Positions 1 to 8,109 of a DNA stretch of 63,917 nucleotides are shown here, piece by piece; position 1 is the stretch's first letter, and each line of letters starts with the position of its first letter. Location: contig JBFKDW010000006.1 in assembly GCA_041619515.1 (NCBI GenBank), positions 1 through 63,917 on the forward strand, read 5' to 3'. The DNA comes from Acidimicrobiia bacterium. Its GTDB lineage: Bacteria > Actinomycetota > Acidimicrobiia > Spongiisociales > SHLN01. The notes under the pieces were generated by a model that saw only the letters and a program-made list of their open reading frames with translations, ran no database searches and was not told where the DNA came from. A program made the position numbers and the translations under genes.

Positions 1-1289
1 ATGGGACTTGGTCTCGCCTGCCACCGTGACATGGGTCACCACCACCACATCACCAACCGCCACCACCACCGGCGGATCCAACTCACCCAGGTTCAGACTG
101 AAATCACCCACATTGAAACCATTGTCGGGATCATCAATCTCGTTGACATCGACCGTGAACGGACCAGCCCCACCCACCGTCACACTCACCTGACCCGGCG
201 ACCACTGATGCCCCCACACGTTGTTCCCACCCACATCCACATTGACGCGATACGGCGGAGACGGGGTCGGCCACTCGATCTGGGTTTGGTCACCGTCATC
301 ATCGTTCTGATAGGCATACCCGTTGGTGTCCGGACCGATATCCACCAGCCCGGAGAAATCAGCCGTCCACGCACCAACCCCCCCACCCATATCCACACTC
401 GCAACCGGTTCCAGATCCGGATCAGGTCGACCGTGCTCGTTCACAAAAACCGTGTCACCAAGATTGGTGGTCCCCACCACATCATCCAGACCCTGATCCA
501 CGCCGGTCAACGCCAACGGCAACACCACATGGGACTTGCTCAGACCGGACTCATCGGCCACCTCCAGGGAGTCACCCGCCCCAATCGTCACCGCCGGATC
601 CAGCGTCGACACATCCACCGAGAACGAAGACGGGTCCCCATCCCATGGGTTCGGACCCACCACCGCCACACCGGCATACACCTCAGTGCCGATCGTCAGC
701 GTGATCGAATCCCCCTCCGTCCAGTCATTACCCCATATCCGCTGCGGAATCTGGTTCAACCCCACCGTGAACCGCGTATTCGCCACCCTCCAGTGGGCGA
801 AGGTGCAGTCATTGTCGTCGTCGCACTGGTTGGCAGCCCCGTTGTTCCCTGGTGCCAGGACGATGGTCTCGGGATGATCGGGAGGATCGGGCACCGAGAA
901 ATCAACACTGGCCGGGATCACACCAGAACGACTCACCCCCGGATCACCCGTCTCATGCACCCAGATATCAAAGAAACTATCCGGAACCCCGGTCACATCC
1001 ACCCGGTTGGTCACCGGATCATGCACCGCCCCCAGCGACGTCACCGTATGGGACTTGGTCTCGCCTGCCACCGTGACATGGGTCACCACCACCACATCAC
1101 CAACCGCCACCACCACCGGCGGATCCAACTCACCCAGGTTCAGACTGAAATCACCCGGATTCCGGCCATCGGGATCACCCTCACCGGCCACATCCACCGT
1201 GAACGGACCAGCCCCACCCACGGTCACACTCACCTGACCCGGCGACCACTGATGCCCCCACACGTTGTTCCCACCCACATCCACATTGA
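1..1289. repeat. Intragenic direct repeat, period ~1047 nt
   Basis: 1-109 is identical to 1048-1156; 152-245 matches 1196-1289 with one mismatch. Confidence 0.95.
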
Positions 1290-1575
1290 AGTGATACGGC
1301 GGACCATCGACGTTGGCGCCAACCGAGGCGGTGGCTTTCACCGCCGCGCCTCCGTCGGTCAGCTCGACCTCGACGTTGGCCCCCGCCCCGGCACTGTGGC
1401 CCTGCACCCAGTCGTGGGCATAGTTGACCTCGAGCGTCATCGGCGGATCGACCGCCGCCGCCTCCACGATCGGCAGCGTGAAGAGGGCGACCATCATGGT
1501 CGCCAGGAATACGAAAAGGCCCCGGGTGTGGGCCCCGCCGTTATGGGTCTTGGGAGACGTCGACGAATCTCGCAT
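1..1575 (-). CDS. Large secreted/surface repeat protein, N-terminal part (continues past the left edge)
   Basis: Not in the ORF track because it has no stop inside the window. ATG at 1575 follows GGAGGT. Reads MRDSSTSPKTHNGGAHTRGLFVFLATMMVALFTLPIVEAAA (signal-like), then beta-rich acidic sequence (VNYAHDWVQG, QxDDDxDxT motifs) with an internal repeat. Confidence 0.85.
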   Translation of the reverse strand, partial: MRDSSTSPKTHNGGAHTRGLFVFLATMMVALFTLPIVEAAAVDPPMTLEVNYAHDWVQGHSAGAGANVEVELTDGGAAVKATASVGANVDGPPYHFNVDVGGNNVWGHQWSPGQVSVTVGGAGPFTVDVAGEGDPDGRNPGDFSLNLGELDPPVVVAVGDVVVVTHVTVAGETKSHTVTSLGAVHDPVTNRVDVTGVPDSFFDIWVHETGDPGVSRSGVIPASVDFSVPDPPDHPETIVLAPGNNGAANQCDDDNDCTFAHWRVANTRFTVGLNQIPQRIWGNDWTEGDSITLTIGTEVYAGVAVVGPNPWDGDPSSFSVDVSTLDPAVTIGAGDSLEVADESGLSKSHVVLPLALTGVDQGLDDVVGTTNLGDTVFVNEHGRPDPDLEPVASVDMGGGVGAWTADFSGLVDIGPDTNGYAYQNDDDGDQTQIEWPTPSPPYRVNVDVGGNNVWGHQWSPGQVSVTVGGAGPFTVDVNEIDDPDNGFNVGDFSLNLGELDPPVVVAVGDVVVVTHVTVAGETKSH

Positions 1576-1789
1576 GGCGCACCTCCAGCCAGAGGCAGGC
1601 TTCCTCGAGGGGACTCGAGGTAGGCCCGTCCATCACCCAGGGTGGCAGGGGCCAGTTGCAGTGGGTAGGGCCAAAGGTCAAGTCCCGATCGACCGACGCA
1701 TCCAATCCGTGGTAGAAATATGATCTAGTTTGGGTGGGAACTCACAGCGCTTGGCGCACCTCCAGCCAGAGGGAGAACCCACCCAAACT
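1575..1789 (-). promoter_or_regulatory. Structured leader: 21-nt direct repeat containing the RBS, one copy inside a 12-bp inverted repeat
   Basis: tggcgcacctccagccagagg at 1575-1595 and 1752-1772; agtttgggtggg (1727-1738) is the reverse complement of cccacccaaact (1778-1789). Confidence 0.55.
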
Positions 1790-1913
1790 CGCGCTCCCGG
1801 CGCACGTTCTGTGACCACCGAGAGCATCGAAGGCCGCGACCCGACGAGTGCTTCCGCATTCACGCCCACACCGGGGACCGGATGTCCCAAGCGTCCCTAA
1901 CCTGATCGGTGAC

Positions 1914-3038
1914 GTGCGCAAACGCCTACTCATAGTGCTCGGTGCGATGCTGGTGCTGGCGGTCGCCTGGGTTGTCTCGGGTCCGCTGCGGACCTGGCGC
2001 TCGATCGAGCGCGTGCCGTTCGACCCGACGGCGGCCCGCGAGGTGCTGGCGGCCTCGGCTCGTCAAGAGGAGATCGCCGCCGATCCGACCGCACCCGCCC
2101 CTCCCACGACTCGCACCACCCCGGAGACGGCACCCACGCCCTCGACAACACACTCCGTAGAAGGGCAGCCGGCGGTTTCCAGCACCACCGTGGCACCAGC
2201 CGACCCGCCCACCGAACCGCTCCCACCGGCACCGGCACCGGCGGACACATTCGATGTGTATCTCATCCTCGGCAGTGATGCGAAACCGACCGAGAATCCG
2301 AGCCGGGCCGACACGATCATGCTGTACGTGGTTCCCGACGACAGATCACGCTCGATGCTCGTGTCGATTCCCCGATCCCTGTATGTCGTCAACCCGTGCA
2401 CCCGCCAGCTCGCCCCCATCAACACCAACTTGGAGGGCTGCGAGGGCGTCGGCGGGCTTGATCTGATGGGGGTTGCGGTCGAGGACTACACCGGGCTCAC
2501 CGTGGACCACCTCGTGCTGTTCGACCTGGCGGGCTTCGAGACGATCATCGATCGGATCGGCGGAATCGAGGTGTGCGTCGACCATCCGGTCAAGCTGCGA
2601 GCCGACCATCGTCGCACGTTTCTCGAGGCCGGCTGCGCGACTCTCGACGGTCACAGCGCCCTGCGATGGGTCCGGTCCCGACAGACCCTCGAGATGGTGG
2701 AGGACGAATGGCGGCTCATGGCCGGGGCGGGTGACGGGATGCGCACCGAACGCCAGCGGTCGGTGTTTCGCCAGGTGCTCGGTGAAGCCGACGAGTTCGG
2801 GGCACCGGCCGACCTGCTCTCACTCATCTCAGAGCTGTCAGACTCGTTCGTGCTCGACGACGACTTCGACCTGAGGCAGGCCGCCGACACTGCGTGGGAT
2901 CTGCGCCGTTTGGTGCGGCGCCCGATCATCGATTTCAGCGTCGCGGCCACCGGCATGGTCTCACCGGAGGGTGAGTTCGTCCTCGTTCCAGATACACCGT
3001 TCGCCGCCTACCTGGACGAGGTGTTTGACGCCGGCTAG
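1914..3038 (+). CDS. LCP (LytR-CpsA-Psr) family cell-envelope phosphotransferase
   Basis: N-terminal TM helix, Pro/Thr linker, motifs LILGSD, RADTIML, VSIPR, IDRIGGIEV, ALRWVRSR, RTERQR. Start set at GTG 1914. Confidence 0.9.
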   Translation: MRKRLLIVLGAMLVLAVAWVVSGPLRTWRSIERVPFDPTAAREVLAASARQEEIAADPTAPAPPTTRTTPETAPTPSTTHSVEGQPAVSSTTVAPADPPTEPLPPAPAPADTFDVYLILGSDAKPTENPSRADTIMLYVVPDDRSRSMLVSIPRSLYVVNPCTRQLAPINTNLEGCEGVGGLDLMGVAVEDYTGLTVDHLVLFDLAGFETIIDRIGGIEVCVDHPVKLRADHRRTFLEAGCATLDGHSALRWVRSRQTLEMVEDEWRLMAGAGDGMRTERQRSVFRQVLGEADEFGAPADLLSLISELSDSFVLDDDFDLRQAADTAWDLRRLVRRPIIDFSVAATGMVSPEGEFVLVPDTPFAAYLDEVFDAG

Positions 3039-3556
3039 TTCGAGGGAACCTTCACGACCACGTCGATAGTGGCAGTCGTCGACTCACCATCCGGCCACAC
3101 CGCCGTCGCCGTCACCTGGTGGGAGGCGACGTCGGCGTCGTTATTGGTCAGCAGCGCCGTCAGCACGAGCCCGGTGCCTAGGACACCGTCGAGGTCGGAC
3201 GCCCAGAGGACATCGGGGGGTGCGCCAGACCCTCCCGACGTCTCCGACCGGAACTCGACCTCGGCGGCGAGGACGCCACCCCCCATGTCGACAGTGGCGA
3301 GGTGGGTCGAAAGGGGGGCGGGTGCAACGATTGTGATGCTCGTATCACCGTTCGGTGCCGTGGTCGGCACCGGGTCTTCGCCGGTGGTGGTCGGCGTGTC
3401 CGCGGTCGTGGTCGGGGTGGAGGTGCTGCTCCCTGCAAGGGTGGTCGAGGTGCCATTCCCCTCCGTGCTCGTGGGGCTGTCGGAGTCAGACGAGCACGAG
3501 GCAATCAGCAATCCGACGACGGCGAGGATGCCGAGCAGGCGACGATACGAGCGCAT
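3035..3556 (-). CDS. Lipoprotein with Thr-rich stalk and C-terminal Ig-like domain
   Basis: MRSYRRLLGILAVVGLLIASC lipobox, T/S-rich linker, WASDLDGVLGTG motif, ends VPSN. Start set at ATG 3556. Confidence 0.8.
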   Translation of the reverse strand: MRSYRRLLGILAVVGLLIASCSSDSDSPTSTEGNGTSTTLAGSSTSTPTTTADTPTTTGEDPVPTTAPNGDTSITIVAPAPLSTHLATVDMGGGVLAAEVEFRSETSGGSGAPPDVLWASDLDGVLGTGLVLTALLTNNDADVASHQVTATAVWPDGESTTATIDVVVKVPSN

Positions 3557-3624
3557 GGGTTTCTTTCTCGGAGAGGGGCAGCAGGAAGGATACCGGGAGA
3601 CATCTCGTGCACGCTGCGAAAGGT

Positions 3625-6114
3625 TCAATCGGAAAAGCGCAGGATACGATTGCTCCCGCGCGGGTTGCCGCCGGTAAATATGAAGAGCTCGAACACGACA
3701 TTCCCCTCCGGGTCGACCTCGGTCGCCGCCGGCCCCGTCGTCCTCCCGCCCCATCCGATGAGTGTGTTTCCGTTTTCGAACCGTTGGGCCGAGCCGCCGG
3801 ATGCTCCGTAGGTTCCCTCCTGTGCATACGACCACACGAGGGTCGCAACCTTGTTCACCTCGTCGAGGGCATACTCGACCGCCCTGCTGGACTCTCCTCG
3901 TTCGGGGTATTCGGGGAGATCTGGGCAGTAGATGCCGTTGTCGAAGAACAGGATGTTGCCGTTCGGCAGCCGGGTGACATGATGCTGTCCACAGGGACCC
4001 CCGAGCGGGTCGTTGATGGTGAACTCGTTCGAGAGCCCTCCCAACTTCCACATCAGATCACCGGTGGTGCGGTTGATCTTGACGATCTGACTCACTCCCC
4101 GCAGCGAGGCGAGGAAGTTGCCGTCATCGTCGAGGAAGACCGAGTTGATGTGGGCGTAGTCGGTGTCGTCGGGCCGCAGCTGGTCGGAAAGTGGAATCAC
4201 TCCCCAGCTGCTCCACCGGAACACCTCGTTGCCGCTGGTGTCGACCTCCTGAATGACGGCGTCCTCGTATGTGACGCCATCGTGCTCCGTCGGCTCGTAG
4301 GACAGGAACACATGGTTTCCGTTGGGGAGAATGAGGAAGTCGTGACCATCTGTGTGTGCGAGGGGTGGCACCACCTGGACTCGCTCGACCTCTTGGAAGT
4401 TCTCGTCGAGGATCACCCGCTCCGTCGATGGCAGGCCGCTACCGGTCACGATGCGCTCCGAGTACGAACGCTGTCCGTTGGGATGCTTGGTGAAGGTCGA
4501 TCCACGCTCCGGAAGGGCTCTGATGAATTCGGGCACTCCGCCGTTGTCGAGCGTCAACGAATAGAACGCCGAGGACCGCGAGTTGAGGTAGAGGACGCCG
4601 GGAGTAACGCCGGGCTCGAGGGTCGTGACCTCGATGATCGGAAAGTCAACCGGGAGGTACTTGAGCTCGTAGCGACGGGTTCCGGTCACGGGGCTGCTGA
4701 CCTCTACGGCTATCTCGTCACCCGGTTGCGGATCGGCGATCGGAAACCCCTCGCCGCTGTTGACCGGCTGGCCGTCGATGGTGAGCGAGTCGGTCGCGTG
4801 AGCCGTTGTGGCCGTGACGACGACCCCCTCTGTTGTTGCATCGGGGTACACGGCGAAGCGACTAGTGAGGGGCGCAAAGGCAGGGTTGATTGAAACCCCG
4901 CTGCCGGTCACATCCAGTGCTTCCAGGAGAGGCGGGCCCGTTACGAGACCCGCGTCCCACGAGTAGTCGATCTCCCCCGGGTCGAGCGTCAGCGGCCCCA
5001 GCAGGCCGCTCCCATCTGCGTCGGAATCTCGCTCGGGTTTTCCGTTCACCTGCTGGAGGGTGAATACCATTCCGGCCGGCGCCGCCACCTGCACGGTGTA
5101 CACGCCCGGGTCAACGCCGATGAACCGATATACGCCGTTGCGGTTGGTAGTGACCACCGCCGTCGGCGCGGGGGAGCCCTCGGCAAACAAGCTCACCTCG
5201 ACTCCGCTCAGCGGCGGCTCTGTCCGCTCCCGGAGTCCATTGGCGTTCTCGTCCTCCCAGATCCGATTTCCGACGGTTGCCAGGGACGGATCGACGTAGC
5301 CGAAGTCCACCTCCATCTGCTGGCTCTCGCTCAGCGCCAGGACGAGCGGGTTGTTCCCCGTCGTCAGAGTCATCCCGGGCGGCACCGTGGAAGCATCCAC
5401 CGAGACCTTGAAGTCACCGGCAGCCAAGCCACCGAACCGATAGGTCCCATCCGCCACAGTCCAAACGGACGCGAACGCATCATCGCCGGTACCGAGCACC
5501 TCATCGTCCCCCGCCGATCGCAGCACCACCTTGACGGCAGCCAGGCCTTCATCACCCGGATCCACCCGGCCGTCGGCGTCGGCATCCTCAAACACCACCC
5601 CCGAAACGGAGGCACCGGACCCGAAGCCAAAATCGACCAGCCGGTTCTCGTCCGTGGCCAGCGTGAACACCGACGGGTTGTTACCGGTCGTCGAATCCAA
5701 CCCGGCCGGAACCGTGGAGGCCTTGACGCTGAGTTTGAAATCACCGGCATCCAGCCCGGGGAAAGCGAACGAACCATCCGGCGGAGTCCACTGCGAGGAA
5801 AAGACGTCGTCACCGCTGCCGAGCGTGCCATCGGCGCCGGCCGACCGCAGCAGCACCTTGACCCCGCCCAGGCCGCCTTCACCCGCATCCAGCATGCCGT
5901 CGGAGTCCGCATCCTCGAACACCACCCCGGACACCGAGGCGCCTGCGGCACCGTTCGCCGGCGCCAGCCCGGCACGGTCGGGCGCGTCGGTGCTCGCCGG
6001 CGCAGCCGAAGCCAGCGCAGCCCGGGGGCCGGCGGGATCGACAAGAGCGACCAATGAGCTCATCAGCAGCAACCAGGCGAACAGCGCAATCCGCTGTGGT
6101 GATGTCGTGACCAT
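3625..6114 (-). CDS. Secreted arylsulfotransferase (ASST) family protein with 3 SdrD-B-like domains and a cadherin-like domain
   Basis: Signal peptide; SGVVFEDADxDG...VDFG modules; TVGNRIWEDENANG...DAGL; ASST motifs DGHDF, HINSV, GQHH, FFDNG, GSAQRFENGNTLIGWG. Confidence 0.85.
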   Translation of the reverse strand: MVTTSPQRIALFAWLLLMSSLVALVDPAGPRAALASAAPASTDAPDRAGLAPANGAAGASVSGVVFEDADSDGMLDAGEGGLGGVKVLLRSAGADGTLGSGDDVFSSQWTPPDGSFAFPGLDAGDFKLSVKASTVPAGLDSTTGNNPSVFTLATDENRLVDFGFGSGASVSGVVFEDADADGRVDPGDEGLAAVKVVLRSAGDDEVLGTGDDAFASVWTVADGTYRFGGLAAGDFKVSVDASTVPPGMTLTTGNNPLVLALSESQQMEVDFGYVDPSLATVGNRIWEDENANGLRERTEPPLSGVEVSLFAEGSPAPTAVVTTNRNGVYRFIGVDPGVYTVQVAAPAGMVFTLQQVNGKPERDSDADGSGLLGPLTLDPGEIDYSWDAGLVTGPPLLEALDVTGSGVSINPAFAPLTSRFAVYPDATTEGVVVTATTAHATDSLTIDGQPVNSGEGFPIADPQPGDEIAVEVSSPVTGTRRYELKYLPVDFPIIEVTTLEPGVTPGVLYLNSRSSAFYSLTLDNGGVPEFIRALPERGSTFTKHPNGQRSYSERIVTGSGLPSTERVILDENFQEVERVQVVPPLAHTDGHDFLILPNGNHVFLSYEPTEHDGVTYEDAVIQEVDTSGNEVFRWSSWGVIPLSDQLRPDDTDYAHINSVFLDDDGNFLASLRGVSQIVKINRTTGDLMWKLGGLSNEFTINDPLGGPCGQHHVTRLPNGNILFFDNGIYCPDLPEYPERGESSRAVEYALDEVNKVATLVWSYAQEGTYGASGGSAQRFENGNTLIGWGGRTTGPAATEVDPEGNVVFELFIFTGGNPRGSNRILRFSD

Positions 6115-6138
6115 GAGCCTCCCGCCCGCTACAGGGGG

Positions 6139-6146
6139 CCAGTGTA
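6139..6146 (-). promoter_or_regulatory. Putative -10 element TACACTGG, also at 8051-8058 and 12300-12307
   Basis: The same octamer lies shortly upstream of each of the three SdrD-B-module enzyme genes and fits the actinobacterial TANNNT consensus. Confidence 0.6.
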
Positions 6147-6191
6147 TCTCACTTTACGTGGCGGGCAGGGCGGGTCGACCGCGTCCCGTCG

Positions 6192-8024
6192 TTACCGCGC
6201 CGGATCGGCAAACCCGAAGTCGACGGTCTCATGCCCACCCTCCACCACGTCGACGATCATCGGATTGTTGCCCGTCGTCAACGTCAGCCCCGCCGGCACC
6301 GTCGACTCCTTCACACTCACCTTGACCGGGCCCGCCGCAACACCCCCCAACACGTACACGCCGTCCGCCCCGGTCACCACCGAGGAGAACCCATCATCAC
6401 CACCACCAAACACCCCATCAGCACCCACCGAACGCAGCACCACCTTCACCCCACCAATCCCACCCTCCCCCGCACCACGCACCCCATCCCCATCCCCATC
6501 CTCAAACACCGTGCCCGTGACAGACGTCGCCGGGCCGACGGTGACCGACACCACCCCGGAGGTCGTGGTGACGGTGCCGTCGCTCACCTCCAGCCGTGCC
6601 AGGTACCGGCCGGGCGTCGAATAGGTATGGACCACGTCGGCGCCGATCGAGTCCATCCCGTCGCCGAACACCCACCGGAACGTGAGCTGGTCGCCGTCAG
6701 GATCGGTGGCCCGGCCGGCGAAGGCCACCGTCAGCGGCGCAGCCCCCGCCGTCACGTCCCCCTCGGCCAGGGTGATGTCGGGAGCCGCCTGTTGATCGTC
6801 GTAGGCGATGCGGCCGACATAACCGGACGACCCCTGGTCCGGATTGCCCGGCTCCCAGATGGATAGGTAATAGAGCGCCCCATCCGGCCCCTCGATCAGA
6901 TCGACTATCGGGCCGACATCAGTGGCGAAGGGAATGGTCTCGTCGGCACCCACCGTCGAGGTCGGGCTCACGTCGTATCCGTCTCCCAGCTCGAGATAGC
7001 GGATCACATGATTGGCGAAGTCGCCGAAGAAGTAGCGGCCCACCCATTCGCTGGGGAACATGTTGCCGCGGTAGACCGGTCCGCCGGTTATCGACGCCCT
7101 GGCGGATGTCCACGGCAGGCCCTGAGCGTAGGAGTGGAGAGGATCGGTGAACCGGTCATCCGTACACGGCCCCTCACAATCGGGCCAGCCGAAGTTCTCT
7201 CCTCCACCGTCGAAGGGGTCGACGACGTTGATGTCCTCCCATGCGTCTTGTCCAACCTCACCGAAGACCAGGCGCTCCGTGGCACGATCCCAGGTCCCCT
7301 TCCACGGATTGCGCAGGCCCATCGCCCAGACACTGTCGAGGTTGGGGCCTCCCGCATCGTCGAACGGATTGCCTGTCCCTGCGGACCCGTCCCGCTGCAA
7401 ACGCAGGAGCTTGCCATGGGCTAGAGCAGGGTCCTGGGCCTCTCCGGCGCTGTTGTTGAGGGCGTTGGTGTCCTTGTCGCCCACTCCGAGCCACAGCGCA
7501 TCGTCGGGCCCCCAGGTGAGCAGCCCACCCAGGTGGCAACAGTTGGCGTAGCCGGGCAGCACATCCGGATCCTCGAACACCACGAGCCGCGAGGCGGGAT
7601 CAGCCACGGAGCCGGCATGGGTGTACCGCGCGAGGGTGAGCTTCTGGGTGGTCGAATCGGGATACCAGAGGTAGATGTACGAATAGTCGTCGAACTCGCC
7701 GTCGACCGCGATGGCGCGCAGACCGAGTGGGCCGGCCGTCGAGACATTCGGAAGAGACAGGTAGGGGTCTCGAACCGGGTCCGGGCTCCCCGGGTCGGTG
7801 ATCACGACTTCGCCGGACTTCTCGGTGATCAGGAGGCGCCCATCGGGGAGAAACGCCATACCGGTGGGTTGAGCCAGGCCATCGAGGACGACGTGATTGG
7901 TGAAGCCTTCCGGCTCGTCGGCGGCGCTCGCCGGCTGCAGGGACATCGGTGAGACGAATGCTGCCAGAGAGGCGGCTGCCAGCAACCAGGCGAACCACGC
8001 GGCCGACGGTCTTGATCCTCTGAT
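6192..8024 (-). CDS. Secreted PQQ-dependent sugar (glucose/sorbosone) dehydrogenase + PKD + SdrD-B-like domain
   Basis: QPTGMAFLPDG, HLGG...GPD, GLRNPW, GEVGQDAWEDIN, NFGWP; PKD motif WVFGDG...HTYSTPGRY. First canonical start is TTG 7985; the proposed start is ATC 8024. Confidence 0.85.
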   Translation of the reverse strand: MRGSRPSAAWFAWLLAAASLAAFVSPMSLQPASAADEPEGFTNHVVLDGLAQPTGMAFLPDGRLLITEKSGEVVITDPGSPDPVRDPYLSLPNVSTAGPLGLRAIAVDGEFDDYSYIYLWYPDSTTQKLTLARYTHAGSVADPASRLVVFEDPDVLPGYANCCHLGGLLTWGPDDALWLGVGDKDTNALNNSAGEAQDPALAHGKLLRLQRDGSAGTGNPFDDAGGPNLDSVWAMGLRNPWKGTWDRATERLVFGEVGQDAWEDINVVDPFDGGGENFGWPDCEGPCTDDRFTDPLHSYAQGLPWTSARASITGGPVYRGNMFPSEWVGRYFFGDFANHVIRYLELGDGYDVSPTSTVGADETIPFATDVGPIVDLIEGPDGALYYLSIWEPGNPDQGSSGYVGRIAYDDQQAAPDITLAEGDVTAGAAPLTVAFAGRATDPDGDQLTFRWVFGDGMDSIGADVVHTYSTPGRYLARLEVSDGTVTTTSGVVSVTVGPATSVTGTVFEDGDGDGVRGAGEGGIGGVKVVLRSVGADGVFGGGDDGFSSVVTGADGVYVLGGVAAGPVKVSVKESTVPAGLTLTTGNNPMIVDVVEGGHETVDFGFADPAR

Positions 8025-8109
8025 AGCGGACCTCGGGGTGACGAGACCGGCCAGTGTAGCCCACCCAGAGTGGCAGTGTCCCGCCTCTGCGGGCGAGGCT
8101 GACCGGCGT

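Noticed and set aside
1..1289. Possible DGR template/variable repeat pair
   Set aside because: Differences include an indel and non-adenine changes, both copies are in frame in one gene, and no reverse transcriptase is in the window.
1..1623. 540-aa His/Arg-rich plus-strand ORF
   Set aside because: Antisense shadow of the minus-strand surface protein, which has an RBS, a signal peptide and a sensible composition.
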